Shown: positions 1 through 12,648, numbered from the whole stretch's first letter. The stretch is 62,931 bases of DNA, filler included, from Asterionella formosa (GCA_002256025.1; 27 parts of 27 records of this genome joined end to end with filler, not necessarily neighbours in it); one strand, 5' to 3'. The notes: generated from the sequence alone by a model not told the origin. Numbers and translations: made by a program.

Positions 1-410
1 ACACAACTAGCTACTAGCATCAGACACATACAAAGATAAAACCAAAATTCATTTTAGTCAATTGTATTGTACATATTTCGATTGAACGGAACAAATTGAA
101 TTCTAATAGACATGATAATAGAAAATCAAGTCGTTGATGAACCTGCTGATGGTCCTATGTACCATAGTTAGGATTCGAGCAGGCCAGCATAATTAACATG
201 AGTAACGATCCACTATGCCGGTGGCTAAATAATTCATACGTATTACTGGTATGAGTATATTTAACGCAACTTGCAGGTACCCGGTAACCTGGTACCAGTA
301 CCGACGCAAATCATTTTATGCCAATGCCTGGCTGATGAGAAAATGGGGACTGATGGGCTGAAAACAAACTCGCCCTTCATTGCGCACAATTCTATGTTTG
401 ACACAGCATC

Positions 411-1439
411 ATGATCTCCAGGCAAAGGTTCAGTTTATCCTTCCGCCAAATGCTGCTGCAAAGGCATATGTGCGCGTCACTGCCACCCGCTTCCGGTTAC
501 ATTGATGCTGATGATCATCAGCACTCAGTGCCATGCCTTCCTCCTGCACACGTTTTCTCATCGTTGTCCAGTAACGAACCCATGGCATACTCTCGTGGTT
601 GGGCACTGCAGCAAGTATTGCTTCAACAGCGATTGGAGCTTCGGCGCCAAACAGAAACACCCAACGACTCCGACCAAATACTAATGTTGCAACACTCTCC
701 AGTGTACACGCTTGGCCGCGGGGCAGATGAAAATCATCTGACATTTCTTCCGCAAGACGACGTAGTTAGGAGAGAAGCTCTTTCGAGAATCACGAGAGGT
801 TCTCAATCAGCCAGATTATCCGTTGATAAACAATTTCTTGTGACAGAAGAAACGTTTTGGTCCATTGTGGATGACTTATCCAATGGTGCGACACCTGTAC
901 TGTCGCCCAATAATGCCCCAATTTATCGGATTGATAGAGGGGGTGAAGTTACTTTTCATGGACCAGGACAATTGGTAGTTTATCCTCTGCTGGATCTAAA
1001 GCGTGCTCCGATGAAAACTGATCTTCATTGGTACTTGAGAATGGTGGAGGAGGTTATTATACAAGTATTGAAAGAATACGATATTGTCGGGAAACGGAAC
1101 GAGATCAACACCGGGGTGTGGGTCGGAGACTCGAAGTTAGCCGCGATTGGGGTTTCGTCTTCTCGCTGGATTACAACACATGGATTTGCTATCAATGTTG
1201 CCCCCGACTTGGAATATTTTGATACAGCATTTATTTTGCCATGTGGAATCGCAGGGAGGGGTGTTACTTCCATCGAAGAGGTGCTGATAGGACGAGGTGA
1301 ATCAGAAAGTAGTGTGCCATCTCTCGGTGAAGTATCGGTTAATGTACTAGAAAGAATGCAACAAATTTTCGGTATAGATGCCAACAGTAATTTTGTTGAA
1401 ATACCGGGTACTGGTAGTTTAATTGGAGATATGCCTTAA
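411..1439 (+). CDS. lipB: Lipoyl(octanoyl) transferase LipB/LIPT2, probably organelle-targeted
   Basis: Motifs LQHSPVYTLGR, IDRGGEVTFHGPGQLVVYP, TGVWVGDSKLAAIG (catalytic Lys), THGFAINV and ILPCG (catalytic Cys). Arg/Ser-rich N-terminus; about 50 extra residues before the DRGG motif. Confidence 0.95.
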   Translation: MISRQRFSLSFRQMLLQRHMCASLPPASGYIDADDHQHSVPCLPPAHVFSSLSSNEPMAYSRGWALQQVLLQQRLELRRQTETPNDSDQILMLQHSPVYTLGRGADENHLTFLPQDDVVRREALSRITRGSQSARLSVDKQFLVTEETFWSIVDDLSNGATPVLSPNNAPIYRIDRGGEVTFHGPGQLVVYPLLDLKRAPMKTDLHWYLRMVEEVIIQVLKEYDIVGKRNEINTGVWVGDSKLAAIGVSSSRWITTHGFAINVAPDLEYFDTAFILPCGIAGRGVTSIEEVLIGRGESESSVPSLGEVSVNVLERMQQIFGIDANSNFVEIPGTGSLIGDMP

Positions 1440-1479
1440 ATCAACGAATTTCCAACAATGCCAAGTAGCTGTACATGTC

Positions 1480-2241
1480 CTACCATCCGCAGTCATCATC
1501 ACTATCATCCAACAATGCTCCCGCTTCCAGCAGTTTTTTGTCGAGCGCTTTGCCAGGCAATTTTGATGCTTCCTTGTCTTCCTCCCTTCCTCTCTTCTTC
1601 CTAGACTCGGTTCTATTAAGCATTTGCAGAATAACTCCATCCGAAAAGAGATCGTCGGTATTGTTCAGTTCCCTAGTACCGGTACTTGATGGCTCATTCG
1701 ATCGATTTTTTAATGAAATACACGGAACACCTGGCGCGCTGAAGGATTGTTCAGGTTCGTCCAACGGTGCTTTTTCCAGCTTATCGTGTGGGTTCAACAT
1801 GACTTTCGTAGATACGGCAGATTTTCTTTTTGGTGCATCTTTTCTTACTTTTGAAATTTTTGTCACTGAGCCGGATTTGGAGGTTTCGGTCATACGTTGT
1901 ACAAGCGATGAATCCCACAGCGCATCGTGGTCATCGGGTTGTCCAGCTGCAAAATCTTCAGCAGTTTGCTCTCGTGTTGATCTAGGTTTGGAAGCCGTAG
2001 CATTTAATGGCAAATGAAATGCCTGCTCCTGTCTTTGTAGTCGATCTAGCTCTTTTTTCATTTCCTGCAGCTTATCGAGAGTGGTTGCGTACAATTGCGA
2101 GAACTGATGCGTCAAAATATCCTTGTCAAGTTGCCCCTGACGTTGCATAGAGTCTATTGTGGCCTTCCACTCTCTCACATGTTGCTGCAGTTGATGCTTA
2201 TCAGAGTTGGCTTGAATAATTTGTTGGCATTGTTGATTCAA
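1480..2241 (-). CDS. 3' part of an unknown protein with a Gln-rich coiled coil and low-complexity tail (5' end cut by contig end)
   Basis: Frame is open from the contig edge to a stop at 1480. Heptad-like Q/L/E segment; converges on lipB with a 40-bp gap. Confidence 0.6.
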   Translation of the reverse strand: MNQQCQQIIQANSDKHQLQQHVREWKATIDSMQRQGQLDKDILTHQFSQLYATTLDKLQEMKKELDRLQRQEQAFHLPLNATASKPRSTREQTAEDFAAGQPDDHDALWDSSLVQRMTETSKSGSVTKISKVRKDAPKRKSAVSTKVMLNPHDKLEKAPLDEPEQSFSAPGVPCISLKNRSNEPSSTGTRELNNTDDLFSDGVILQMLNRTESRKKRGREEDKEASKLPGKALDKKLLEAGALLDDSDDDCGW

Positions 2242-2341
2242 NNNNNNNNNNNNNNNNNNNNNNNNNNNNNNNNNNNNNNNNNNNNTTAATTAATTAANNN
2301 NNNNNNNNNNNNNNNNNNNNNNNNNNNNNNNNNNNNNNNNN
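2242..2341. other. Artificial contig-joining linker N44-TTAATTAATTAA-N44 (first of 26 linkers, spaced about 2.33-2.34 kb apart)
   Basis: The same 100-nt spacer, with a six-frame stop palindrome, recurs between all segments. Segment lengths fall from about 2241 to 2229 bp, as expected for size-sorted contigs. Confidence 0.98.
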
Positions 2342-2935
2342 TACCATCTACCGGTACTGTACATTACTTGTGATAAACCACCAAAAGTTGCAGTCATTTT
2401 TTCTGAAACGGATGTGAAGCGGGACAGGCGCCAATGTTCATCGTAACGGTACTTAAATTGGCGGTATATACCGGTACACACAGCGAACGTTTCAATTGAC
2501 TGTTTGAAATCGTCTGTACCACGATTGAGTGATGGAGACGGAGGCTTTATGATAGTTTAATCCTTCCAAACAACGCAAAAAATCTACTGGTACTTTGCAT
2601 CTTTCCCTCCAAATTCAAAATCCTTCTCCTTTTCCGACCAAAGTGATGAAACCAACAAATAATGAAGGTTCTAAAGGAAAGGCGCTTAATAAGCTCACAA
2701 TGCATTGAAATAGTAGAGAACGTCATCAATTCAACAAATCTTTGTGAAATTGTCTGTATCATAACTTCTCAGTGATGTAGGTGCTATGCTTATTTTACTC
2801 TTGCTTCCATTTTGTCATGCGCAGATAGGATTTTCGGCCATGAGACTAGAGATTTGTATGAAACTTACCTAAATGCTCTCCCAATTTTGAGAGTACTACC
2901 AGAAATTGGGGGTCTTGTACAGGTACCTAACTTCT

Positions 2936-3045
2936 TCAAAAGTATAGAATTTCTGGTAAGCATTTTTGAGCACCCTATAGCTACCTGTAACCACTGGAGC
3001 CTGATGCATCCCTGGAAATACTAACCAGAAATTCTATACTTTTGA
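2936..3045. repeat. 110-bp foldback or MITE-like inverted repeat
   Basis: Perfect 22-bp arms tcaaaagtatagaatttctggt (2936-2957) and accagaaattctatacttttga (3024-3045). Confidence 0.75.
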
Positions 3046-4729
3046 CAAAATTACATTTTCATCGAAACAAGCAAGCTTAAATACTGCATATGTCATGAAT
3101 CGAAATTTGGGCTAGAACATGTTGCTAGCTACGTAAATTAGCAAAAACATAATAATCTATAATATTCTTTTAAATAGCTTTAAAAAAAACAATTTTATAC
3201 GTACAGTCGAACAAACCATCATGGCATAATTATGCATCGTCCTCCGGCGATGTTGCGCCATAACTACTGCTGCAGCATACTATGGTTCCAACATTGTTGC
3301 GATAATTCATCCAACGTAAGTGTTCAATAAGGTTAGAGAAATATCCTTTTGGCTGACCATCATGCTTGTTGCATGGATGAAAGTCGGACTTCTGTGAGAA
3401 AGTCGTCAACTTGGCATGTGTGAGTTGTTGAAAGCGAATCGGCTGATTGCTGATTGATGTTGCCATCAATGATATACACTATCTCTCCTTCCACTTCCTT
3501 GAATCACAGAAAGTCAGCTGCATTTGAGATGCCTTGAGGAGAGCATTGTTGACTCATAAATTTCGAGTTGCGGAAGGGCGAAAAGGTGGTTGGTAAAGTC
3601 GATTGTATGCTCATTCTTTGCTTGAAAGAAGGATATATTGTGATGATTTGGGGGCGTTTGATAATAAAGTACATGTCCTAGGCTTAACACTTTGTCATTC
3701 ACAGAGGTAAACAAAACTTGCTTACTTTGCTTACTTTCCTTCTTTCCGGTCATTTTCATTTCCCTTTTTTAGCAATTCGCCCATGTTTTCACGTTCGGAA
3801 AAATAAAATTAGCATGAAACCTAAATTTTAAATCTCAAACAAGAAAATACTAGGCATTTGTATGAAAAAATAATGTAAAACTATTCACGTCTTAAGCCAA
3901 GACATATACAAACTTGTATCATAATTACTTAATTTTTTTGCTATCAAATGAATTTTCCCCATGATTGTAGTCAATTTTATTATTGCTCTTCTTTACTCAG
4001 ATTGGAGAGTATGAACAAAGTTGGAGCACAATTGAAACTCCAGGAACCTGTCTGGCTGGTCAACGCAAATTGTAACAATTTAATTAGCTACAATCTATAA
4101 AAATCTTGAATTTTTCCATCACTTTATTTATGAAAGAAGAGAGTATTCTACTGTGCAACGCACATCTTTTGAAATTCCTTAGAAACGAATTTTAATGTGC
4201 TGTGTCTTATAAAGTCCACCATTTTTGAATCTGACATTCGCAGAATTTTTTGAATGTGTTCTTTTGTTTGATGAGCAGTGACACGACACAGATTGCACTG
4301 ATTACCCAATCATGAGTGGCATCCTAGTTTATTTCAGAATTTTGGAATCTAATTGGTTGCTGTATGACGACTTGATAGTCCATATTTCTGGACTCATTGC
4401 CAAGGAGTCGATCTAACCAGTTTTTCACTCGTCCTGCTTTTGGGAATAGGAAGCAGCTTTTGACGTCTAGTTGTGTCGAAAATCGTTTCGCTTCAAAGGT
4501 TTGCTGATTTTGTGGAATCACAGGAGTCCCTGGCATCGCTTTCAATCTTTTCCACCATATTGCTTCCTCCCAGTAGTCCCGANNNNNNNNNNNNNNNNNN
4601 NNNNNNNNNNNNNNNNNNNNNNNNNNTTAATTAATTAANNNNNNNNNNNNNNNNNNNNNNNNNNNNNNNNNNNNNNNNNNNNTATCGGTAGATCAATTCA
4701 TAGCAAATGAGCCGGCTGCTCATTCTCAT

Positions 4730-5450
4730 TGCTCAGATTGATTGTCTGCTGTAGAAACAAGAGGGCAACAGCATTTGCAGAGTGAGTTGATGAGATAGCA
4801 AAAGTTGCGAAGCCATGATTTCGGTTCTGTGTGCTCCTTACCATGTTCCCCAATGTCCAACCCAGCCCTCATCAAATTGATTGTCTGCAATCAGTAAACA
4901 ACGGTCGCAGAGTGAGTTCATGGACGAACAATTGTTACAAAGGCATCGTTCTTGTTGTGCTTACCATGCCGCCTGATTCACAACAAATCCCTTGCTCAAC
5001 AGATTGATTGTCTGTAGACAAAGAACAGCGTTTGCAGAGTAAGTTCGTGATCAACAATTAACATGCACAAAATCAAGCCCTTCTTCTAATTCATTACAAA
5101 TAGGCAATGCCTGCGCTAACAATTCCGAACAAAGACGAAGGAGAATAGGAGAGGAGATCTGCCCACAACAAGCAACAGCAAACAATATCAGCAGAAGGCA
5201 AGAAAACATTGCACTTGCTTACCATGTATACATTTGTCCCCTATGCACCAGAGGAATCCTTTCAACAATGCAAATAACAAATGATTGATAGCCTGCCTGA
5301 CACAGGATAGCCATCCTGACACAGGCAGAGCACGACGCATTTCATTATTCTCAAGGTTCAACCCTGCCCTGCCAAAAACAGATTGATTGTCTGTAGAAAA
5401 AGAAAAAGGTTCGCAGAGTAAGTTCATGACTGACCACTTTTCCAATTCCA
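4730..5450. repeat. Degenerate direct repeats (4 copies of agattgattgtctg...gcagagt[ga]agtt)
   Basis: Motif seen near 4735, 4876, 5001 and 5380. Confidence 0.7.
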
Positions 5451-6224
5451 AACGGCACAAGTAAGAGGAAGAACGAAATGGAGGTAAGGGAACTACAACA
5501 GCAATCATTCATATTTCCAAACACAAGACGAAGAAAACGAGCGACGGTGCAGAGCAACAACAAAAAGAACAACAGCAATGTGACAAAAGACCTGTTTCCA
5601 TTTCCCAAAATATTAACTGCTTACCATAATTTCTCGAACTTTCAGATGCATCCTTTCTGTGATGACAAGCAAGGAGAAACAAAAAAAACTGCCTGTTTCT
5701 TCCAGAGGAACCGGCCCACAACAGAGTCCTTCTTGTTATCTGGAAGCGAAGAACAAGATTCACAGAGTCAGATGATGGCTGGTTTTTAACAAACAAGACC
5801 TTTTTACATTTCATATCAAACAATGCATGTTCAAGTTCAAACGCAGGGCGAGGAACACCAAGGAAGAGAAGGTTTTACAGCCACAGTAACCATAACGAAA
5901 GAACAATAGAATAAGAACAAGAAAAATGACAGCAGAAACAGCAGGGACAGCGGTAACGACAACGAGAACACAACCATGATAGCAGAAAAGACGACAAAAA
6001 CGACAACAATAACAATAACAATAACATTGACAATTATTTCATTTTACCATGAATGTGATATTTTGTTCCTTTCATTCCAGCAGCTGCTTCTTCTTAAGAA
6101 AACTGGCGCGGATGGTCCTCCTCGCCAACATTCATTTTGTACTAAATTTTTATTTTGTACTAAATTTTTGTACATTGTACTTCAGAAAAAGCTGGCGCAG
6201 TCTATGCTTAGTCAGTATTTATCA

Positions 6225-6922
6225 AATTCGTCATCAGGATGCGTAAAATTTTCGGTGCTTGCTGTGGACTGATGACCAGTGCTGTAGCAACCTAAATTCC
6301 AATTCATTTCTTTCTCAACCAATTTGATGCCGATTTCTATCTAATATATTATTTGATGTACCCGAAATCAAAGGCTTCTTGTCGAATGTCGATATGCTCA
6401 GAACGAACGTATATTGTCCAAAGGAGGCATCAGGATGTGTAAATTTTAGGACCACTGCTTTAACAACCAAGCTTCCAATTCATCTTTCTCTACCAATTCA
6501 TTGTAAATTTCTATCTAGCATAGTATTCGATTTATACGAGATATCAATGCCGATATTTCGAATGTCGATATGCTCGCTCAGAACGAACATACATTGATCA
6601 AATTGCTCATCAGGATGGTGTGTAAATTTTCGGTACTTGTAGCTTGATCATTAGTGCAGTAGCAACAAAAATTCCAAACAACCCTTCTCAACCAATTTAA
6701 GGCAGATTTCTATCTAGCATAGTACTTGATGCATACAAAATCAATGCAGTCGTGTCGAATGTTCATATGCTCAGAACGACTATATATTGATCAAATTGGT
6801 CATCAGAATGAGTAAAATTTTCGGATGCTTGTGGACTGATCATCAGTGCTGTGGCAACAAGAATTCCAAACCTCCTTTCTCCACCAATTTAAGGATGATT
6901 TCTATCCAGCATAGTATTCGAT
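6225..6922. repeat. Diverged tandem repeat, unit about 180-200 bp, at least 3.5 copies, runs off the contig
   Basis: catcagga/gaatg anchor near 6232, 6429, 6608 and 6801, with shared blocks ttctatctagcatagta and tcgaatgtcgatatgctcagaacga. Confidence 0.85.
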
Positions 6923-7022
6923 NNNNNNNNNNNNNNNNNNNNNNNNNNNNNNNNNNNNNNNNNNNNTTAATTAATTAANNNNNNNNNNNNNNNNNNNNNN
7001 NNNNNNNNNNNNNNNNNNNNNN

Positions 7023-7700
7023 TGTTCTTTGTTCTCTCCGTAGTACTCAGCCAAGAAAGTTCACTAAGAATGGCTTTATAAAAACGTACGAACCATACTA
7101 GATTTCCATAGCAGAATCGGTATCAGCATAATTGATACAATCATTAGAGCGTGTTCACTGCTAATTGGATAATTTCGTCAATTTCCCTCAATAAGAACTA
7201 ATAACTCAACTGATAAAGCTGCTTAACATGCATCATTCCTGCACCTTATTCCTTAGGTAGTAGCAAAGATTGTTCGCCATTACATGGTGACCACTTGAAT
7301 ATAGCTTCATTTTGACAAATAAACACTACCACTGGGTTGGGAGGGTCCTGATGATGTATACTTTAATTTCCACCTGATGGTAGTATAGGGTCGACCTTTT
7401 CAATTGCATCCGCCCGTTTGGCATTCTACAATGATTGCTTGTTCCTCTCAATCAATACTTGTAAAATGAAAACCGTAATTAGATGAAATTTGACTTCCGG
7501 TTTCTAATATTTTACATTGCACTACTGAAACTTGAATCCATCAATGGGCATTCAACTTGTGCTTTTTGCATTTTTGTAGTATAGACTGGCTGGTGCTGCT
7601 GGTTGATAGACCAAAGTGTCTGGATTTTCATGAACATCTACAAAGTAGTGCTTTTGTCGAGGTTTGTTTCTAAACCCAACTGCTGCCATCCATTGAACCA
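7023..7700 (-). pseudogene. Decayed IS630/Tc1-like DDE transposase (same broad type as 30940-32632)
   Basis: Minus-strand pieces WMAAVGFRNKPRQKHYFVDVHENPDTLVY and PVVVFICQNEAIFK...LLLPKE*GAGMM resemble the YVDGHE, GQDE-IFK and PKDEG-G-M blocks of this family. Many stops. Confidence 0.55.
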
Positions 7701-9829
7701 CTCCAGATACAGCAAAGAATACGCTCCTGTCGTCAAAGGCAAGGAACTAGTACAATGACAAAGGAAATCTGATGAGACAGGAAAATTACGAAATCAGAAT
7801 CACTCTGTTACTGTACATAGACAGTCTCTTGCTTCCTTGTGCACATCGCCTGCTATGCTGCGTTTCAGTTTTTCCTCAGGACATGGCTGTTTTGTCGTTG
7901 TTGCAAGAATCAAAGTGAGGACTGGAGAGGATGATGAGCCAAACCACATTACTTTAGCTGGTACGACATTATCCTACCAAGATATATATATAAAGGAACC
8001 TAATAGAAACAATACATCAATTAATTAAATATACATAGTCAAAAGGGTTACTATTTAAAATACGAGGGCATTTATTAAAATTGTTAGATGATATAACGAA
8101 AAAATATGATCAGATGATCATTGGAATATGATGGTTTTTATTTGCAGATGGAGTTGAAATTTGTAACCACTGCCAGCATCATCCTCATACCAACTACCTG
8201 GTACCCAATATAAGTATTATAATCTATCATCACATATGTACATTATGCATTTTACATATTTATCCATTATCATGCTGGACTCATGAAGATATTGGCGTCC
8301 TGATAGCAGTAGCTAAGTGATGGCCAGCAGACCAGATAGTGTTGTTCATCTTTGTCCAGTCAGTTGTCCATTTTCATACCTCCTCATTCTTACGGAAGCA
8401 GAAATAACGACAATGATATGAGGAATGGATTGATTTGCAAGAAAACTTGTGAAATGAAAGTCAAAGAAACATGCATGCCATATCAAGGCAGACATCAGCA
8501 ACCAGAAAAGGAACCAATTGGCAAAGTTTTCAAGCAACACTACAAGCAACAGATCAGCAGAGGCAAGAGAAGCAGCAAATGGGTGGTTCTTTGGACATGT
8601 GAAGTGATGATTGAGGAGTGGCGAAATGCAATTATCAGATTGGGGGGGGGGGATTGTTGGGAGATCAATCGTAAGAAATGCCATTGCCTGCAAATCGCCT
8701 AGCAAAGCAAATGGCCTCCAGATCCATCAGATTTTCGTCAAAGTGCCCTGAAACATATAATAGTATCTTATCATTTATTCTTACAGTTTGTTATCATTAA
8801 TCCTGTTTATTAGGTCACCGATGCTACCAAAAGCACCACCATTGTTGATGAGCTGACCGATTAAAATTATTGCTAGTAGTTTTCTCGTGTTATGTTGTGC
8901 TCAAGAGGTATTCCTACATATGCCAATTTTTCCAAAATAAGCAAGGAGTTACATAAAGTACTATATGCATTTGTTTAGAGGCTCCACTAAAATTTTGGCG
9001 AAACTCGAAGATGAAGTTTAACCTATAGGAAAAACAGGAGGCGAAAACATCCCGGCTTTTACAAACCTTTTACTACCACTACATAGTAGGGCGAATGGTT
9101 TAGGGTGCATATACTATTGGTCAGAGGTAGTACCAGTACCAGTACCAGGGTACCTGGTGCTCCTTTGTTTGGTTGCAACCTGAAGATCAATTTAGTAGGA
9201 TACATAAGCCTTAACATGACAATCATAAAATTTTCGACCATCATGACCCTGATTTCCACTCNNNNNNNNNNNNNNNNNNNNNNNNNNNNNNNNNNNNNNN
9301 NNNNNTTAATTAATTAANNNNNNNNNNNNNNNNNNNNNNNNNNNNNNNNNNNNNNNNNNNNGATTGCACCACTATTACTTAGAGACACCAAAATTGCACC
9401 ATTAGACTACCCAAGTATAAAATCCCTGCTACGGCCTGCACTACCGTAGTGTTATTTTCTACATAGGATCGCGATCAGATTCATGTAAGATATGTATTTT
9501 GTACTAGCCAACGGCGTAGGCTACCCGGTACATACATCTAATGGGACATATCGGTACTAATGAAGAATTGCAAGCATTTTTTATCATATATATAGGTTAC
9601 TACCAATAATGAATTTTTAACTAAGGCAGTTTTTGCTGACGTCATATTGTTATTGCACCACCATAGACCTACTGGTGCTCGGAGCACCAGGTAGTACATA
9701 ATATTGGTTCATCATGCATGATGGAGGACAGGATGTACTACCGGTAGTACCGGTACAGATTTTACCAAACTTGACTGGCGAGATTTTACAAGACTGGGAT
9801 ACTTCAGCGAGTCTGAAGCAGGTGAATAA

Positions 9830-10080
9830 ATTCAATTAAACCAATCAGAATATATGTAGTGACGCAGGAACTTACCCTGGAGTCTTTTCGGACTGAGAAT
9901 TATTCAGCAAAACATACCTACGCAAGACTCCAAGTATACTAGAACGTTTTTGCATGCACAAATTCTGATTCCAATATTTTGGCGACTGTTGAAAAAGCCG
10001 ATCGGGTCGACTTTTTGGAGGAGAATTGCTCTACATCTACTACCGGTACGGGGCTTCATGAAGAATGAAATTAAAAGCCG
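9830..10080 (+). mobile_element. Diverged copy of the Crypton leader region
   Basis: ccaatcagaatat... and ttctgattccaatattttggcgactgttgaaaaagccgat align with 51780-52010 and 20045-20270. Confidence 0.6.
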
Positions 10081-10687
10081 TGTACCCTATAACGTCAGGA
10101 TTTAACTTCTGCAGAGAAGTGGCTGTTATCCCCCTAGATTTTTTAAAAAGCTTGATGGCCCCCTTTTTTGATTATTTTTTGGATAAACAGAGATAATATT
10201 ATTACGTGTTCAAAGTAAGCGTTAAAGCATGCATGGTTGTTTTTAGTACCACGTACGTATGTAGACTAGATGACTGCCGGTAACCGGTACCGGTAGAATA
10301 TCCGTTAAGCATCATTACATACGTACATGACCGGAGCAAAAACTTGCCACCAACATCAGATGTATCGATATCATCGTTCGTCCGACGAAATATGGACGAT
10401 GCGACTACATGAATACCTCGGAAAAAAAGCAATCCAACAATCAACCGCATCCGTTAGGCAAAGAATCGCTACTGGCGTCATCGCGGAACCGATTTCGCTT
10501 CAAACCGGTCATGATGGACGACGATTGGCATGGTGAAAGGTAAAATTGCCGGAGTCCACTTTTCAGGAGACGAACAAAAACGAGGTGAATTCTAGATATA
10601 AATTATTAGAATCTGTATAGTATATAAATTAATTTCCTTAAGTAGACCCCTTGCCGATTTCGGCAATCCCAGGGCTGGAAAACCGAG

Positions 10688-10915
10688 GGGCAATTGGTGT
10701 CTGTTGTCTTGCCAAAATGCGAACATATGAAATATACAAAATATGTTTTAATGATGGGCAATATCGGACCTTTGGCAATTTTCGAGTTGAAGATAGGAAA
10801 TATACAAAATATATTTTATATGATGGGCAATAGTAGGCTAAAATTGACATTTATGCTAAATTTGTGGGCAGTAGGTAGGCGAATGACGCGACGATAGCTT
10901 GAGCGGGAATTGCCT
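10688..10915. mobile_element. About 228-bp Harbinger-related MITE
   Basis: Ends gggcaatt...aattgcct. The right end (gacgatagcttgagcgggaattgcc) matches the terminus at 50100-50125 upstream of a Harbinger-type transposase. Internal direct repeat aaatatacaaaatat...atgatgggcaata of about 34 bp. Confidence 0.65.
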
Positions 10916-10945
10916 CAACAATACCCTTCTCGGCGGCTACCGGTA

Positions 10946-11013
10946 CTTGCCTTCTCGTATGCATGTGTTCGAGGCTGGGTGGCGCCTCGAACACATGTAT
11001 ACTCGCAGGCAAG
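10946..11013. repeat. Long near-perfect hairpin (about 30-bp stem, 8-nt loop)
   Basis: cttgccttctcgtatgcatgtgttcgaggc and gcctcgaacacatgtatactcgcaggcaag are reverse complements with few mismatches. Confidence 0.85.
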
Positions 11014-11739
11014 AGACCACCTCGGGCGTGTATTGCCCTCAGCAGGATCCTGATGCACAAAACGATGATTTGAGCACCTGTGCACAAACGTATGTCACTT
11101 TATGTAATGTATGTCGTAGGGCAATAGGTCTTAGAATGTTGAGAAGCCTCGAAACGCTTTGGGCATACAATCGTACGCCACGTTCTATGATGCTGGCTCG
11201 CAAGACGAAGTTGCATACAACACTCGATTGGGTGTACAATCGTCCGCCAGTCGACACTCGACACTCGATAGGGTGTACAATCGTAGGCCACTCGGTAGAA
11301 TGCTGGCTCGCAAGACCAGGTCGTACGCACTATACCAGGGCCTTTGGTAGAAGTCCACGATGACAAGAGTACCATGACAGCAACGAAAGCAAATACCGGT
11401 AGAAGAATGCCGGTACCGGTATCATGATGTTTCAAATCAGTCACAACATTCCTCACCCTTGTTGAATGATTGACAGAAGGTTCTCCTCTTCTCTTCTCCT
11501 CTCCTCTCACTTTCATTGTCTTGTACTCCCAACCAGGTACCCACCACCATCAGTTAGAAAACAATGAAGGTTTGGTTCCAGTTGTTTCTTGGAAACGCAG
11601 NNNNNNNNNNNNNNNNNNNNNNNNNNNNNNNNNNNNNNNNNNNNTTAATTAATTAANNNNNNNNNNNNNNNNNNNNNNNNNNNNNNNNNNNNNNNNNNNN
11701 TAATATTGCTTTTATGAATTTAACTGGCGCGATAATTAG

Positions 11740-11870
11740 CCAGGCTGACGAGTTACTACCGGTACCAGGTAGTACGTCTACATCTTTTATCAGCACCTTT
11801 AAGTAGCACCTACGGTTATGGTGGTACTATGTTTTTCCCTATTATTTTCTGTCGCAGCTCATCTGTAGAG
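11740..11870 (+). repeat. Interspersed repeat of about 130 bp, shared with 39473-39590 and 44135-44252
   Basis: Near-identical ccaggctgacgagttactaccggtaccaggtagtacgtctacatc...ctgtcgcagctc. Confidence 0.85.
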
Positions 11871-12482
11871 AAGCTGTGAAAGTCAAAGCGCTGCCCCCGC
11901 CCCCCCTCTATTATACCGGAAAAATTTGGTACATCACCCATTATCGTGCGTTGCAACGGCCCGCGACAGGGTGGCTGTGGTTATGGAGCAGGGGGTAGAA
12001 CGCCACAACATGACGAAGTCCCAAGGATCATGAATGGGAAGAAAACTTTGCTGCATTCTGGTGGTACCATTGTACTTGGGAAACAGCGAGGAAGGTTGTT
12101 TCCCGCCATATCAAACGGTTTCGAATAAGAGGAGTTGGAACGAAGAGATGTGACAAGAACTGACCTGACACTTCTGTCCGACTTGGTCGATGGATGTCTC
12201 CCGCCTATTTGTGACTTCCTGCGCAACACAACAAAACTTGCCACAACGACTAATCAAACGGTTTCGAATATGAGGAGTGGTTGGAACGAAGAGACTTTTC
12301 ATAAACATGACACTTCTGTCCGACTCGGTCGATGGAGCAAAAGAAACGACACCAGCGTCCGGTTATTTGCAAATGGCTGTACTTGATTAAAAACAAATAA
12401 CCATTTTGTTAGTAACTATTTATGAGTAAATAAAAATTCTTACTTCCATCTTTCCCCATAGGAATCAAGCAAAAACGAAAGT

Positions 12483-12648
12483 AGTCCTGACAAGGAATAC
12501 TGTGTCGTCGATCCGTCTCACAGTAGCCGAAAAGGAGCGTATCTTTCTGGACGCGCTTCAGTCCTACGATGCCGCTGGAAGGCAAATGCTCAAGGATGAC
12601 GAGTTTGACCTATTGAAGGAAGATTTGCAATGGAAGAACGGATCTGAG
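12483..12648 (+). pseudogene. PGRL1: Isolated PGRL1 (PGR5-like 1) gene fragment
   Basis: SPDKEYCVVDP then, after a frameshift, IRLTVAEKERIFLDALQSYDAAGRQMLKDDEFDLLKEDLQWKNGSE. This matches the PGRL1 pattern EKE-FL-ALQS-Y...EFD-LKE-L-W-GS. No continuation downstream. Confidence 0.8.

Noticed and set aside
2286..2297. TTAATTAATTAA as a biological repeat or CRISPR-like array with 2.2-kb spacers
   Set aside because: Always embedded in fixed N runs, so it is an assembly linker. ORFs in the track that contain X runs cross it artefactually.
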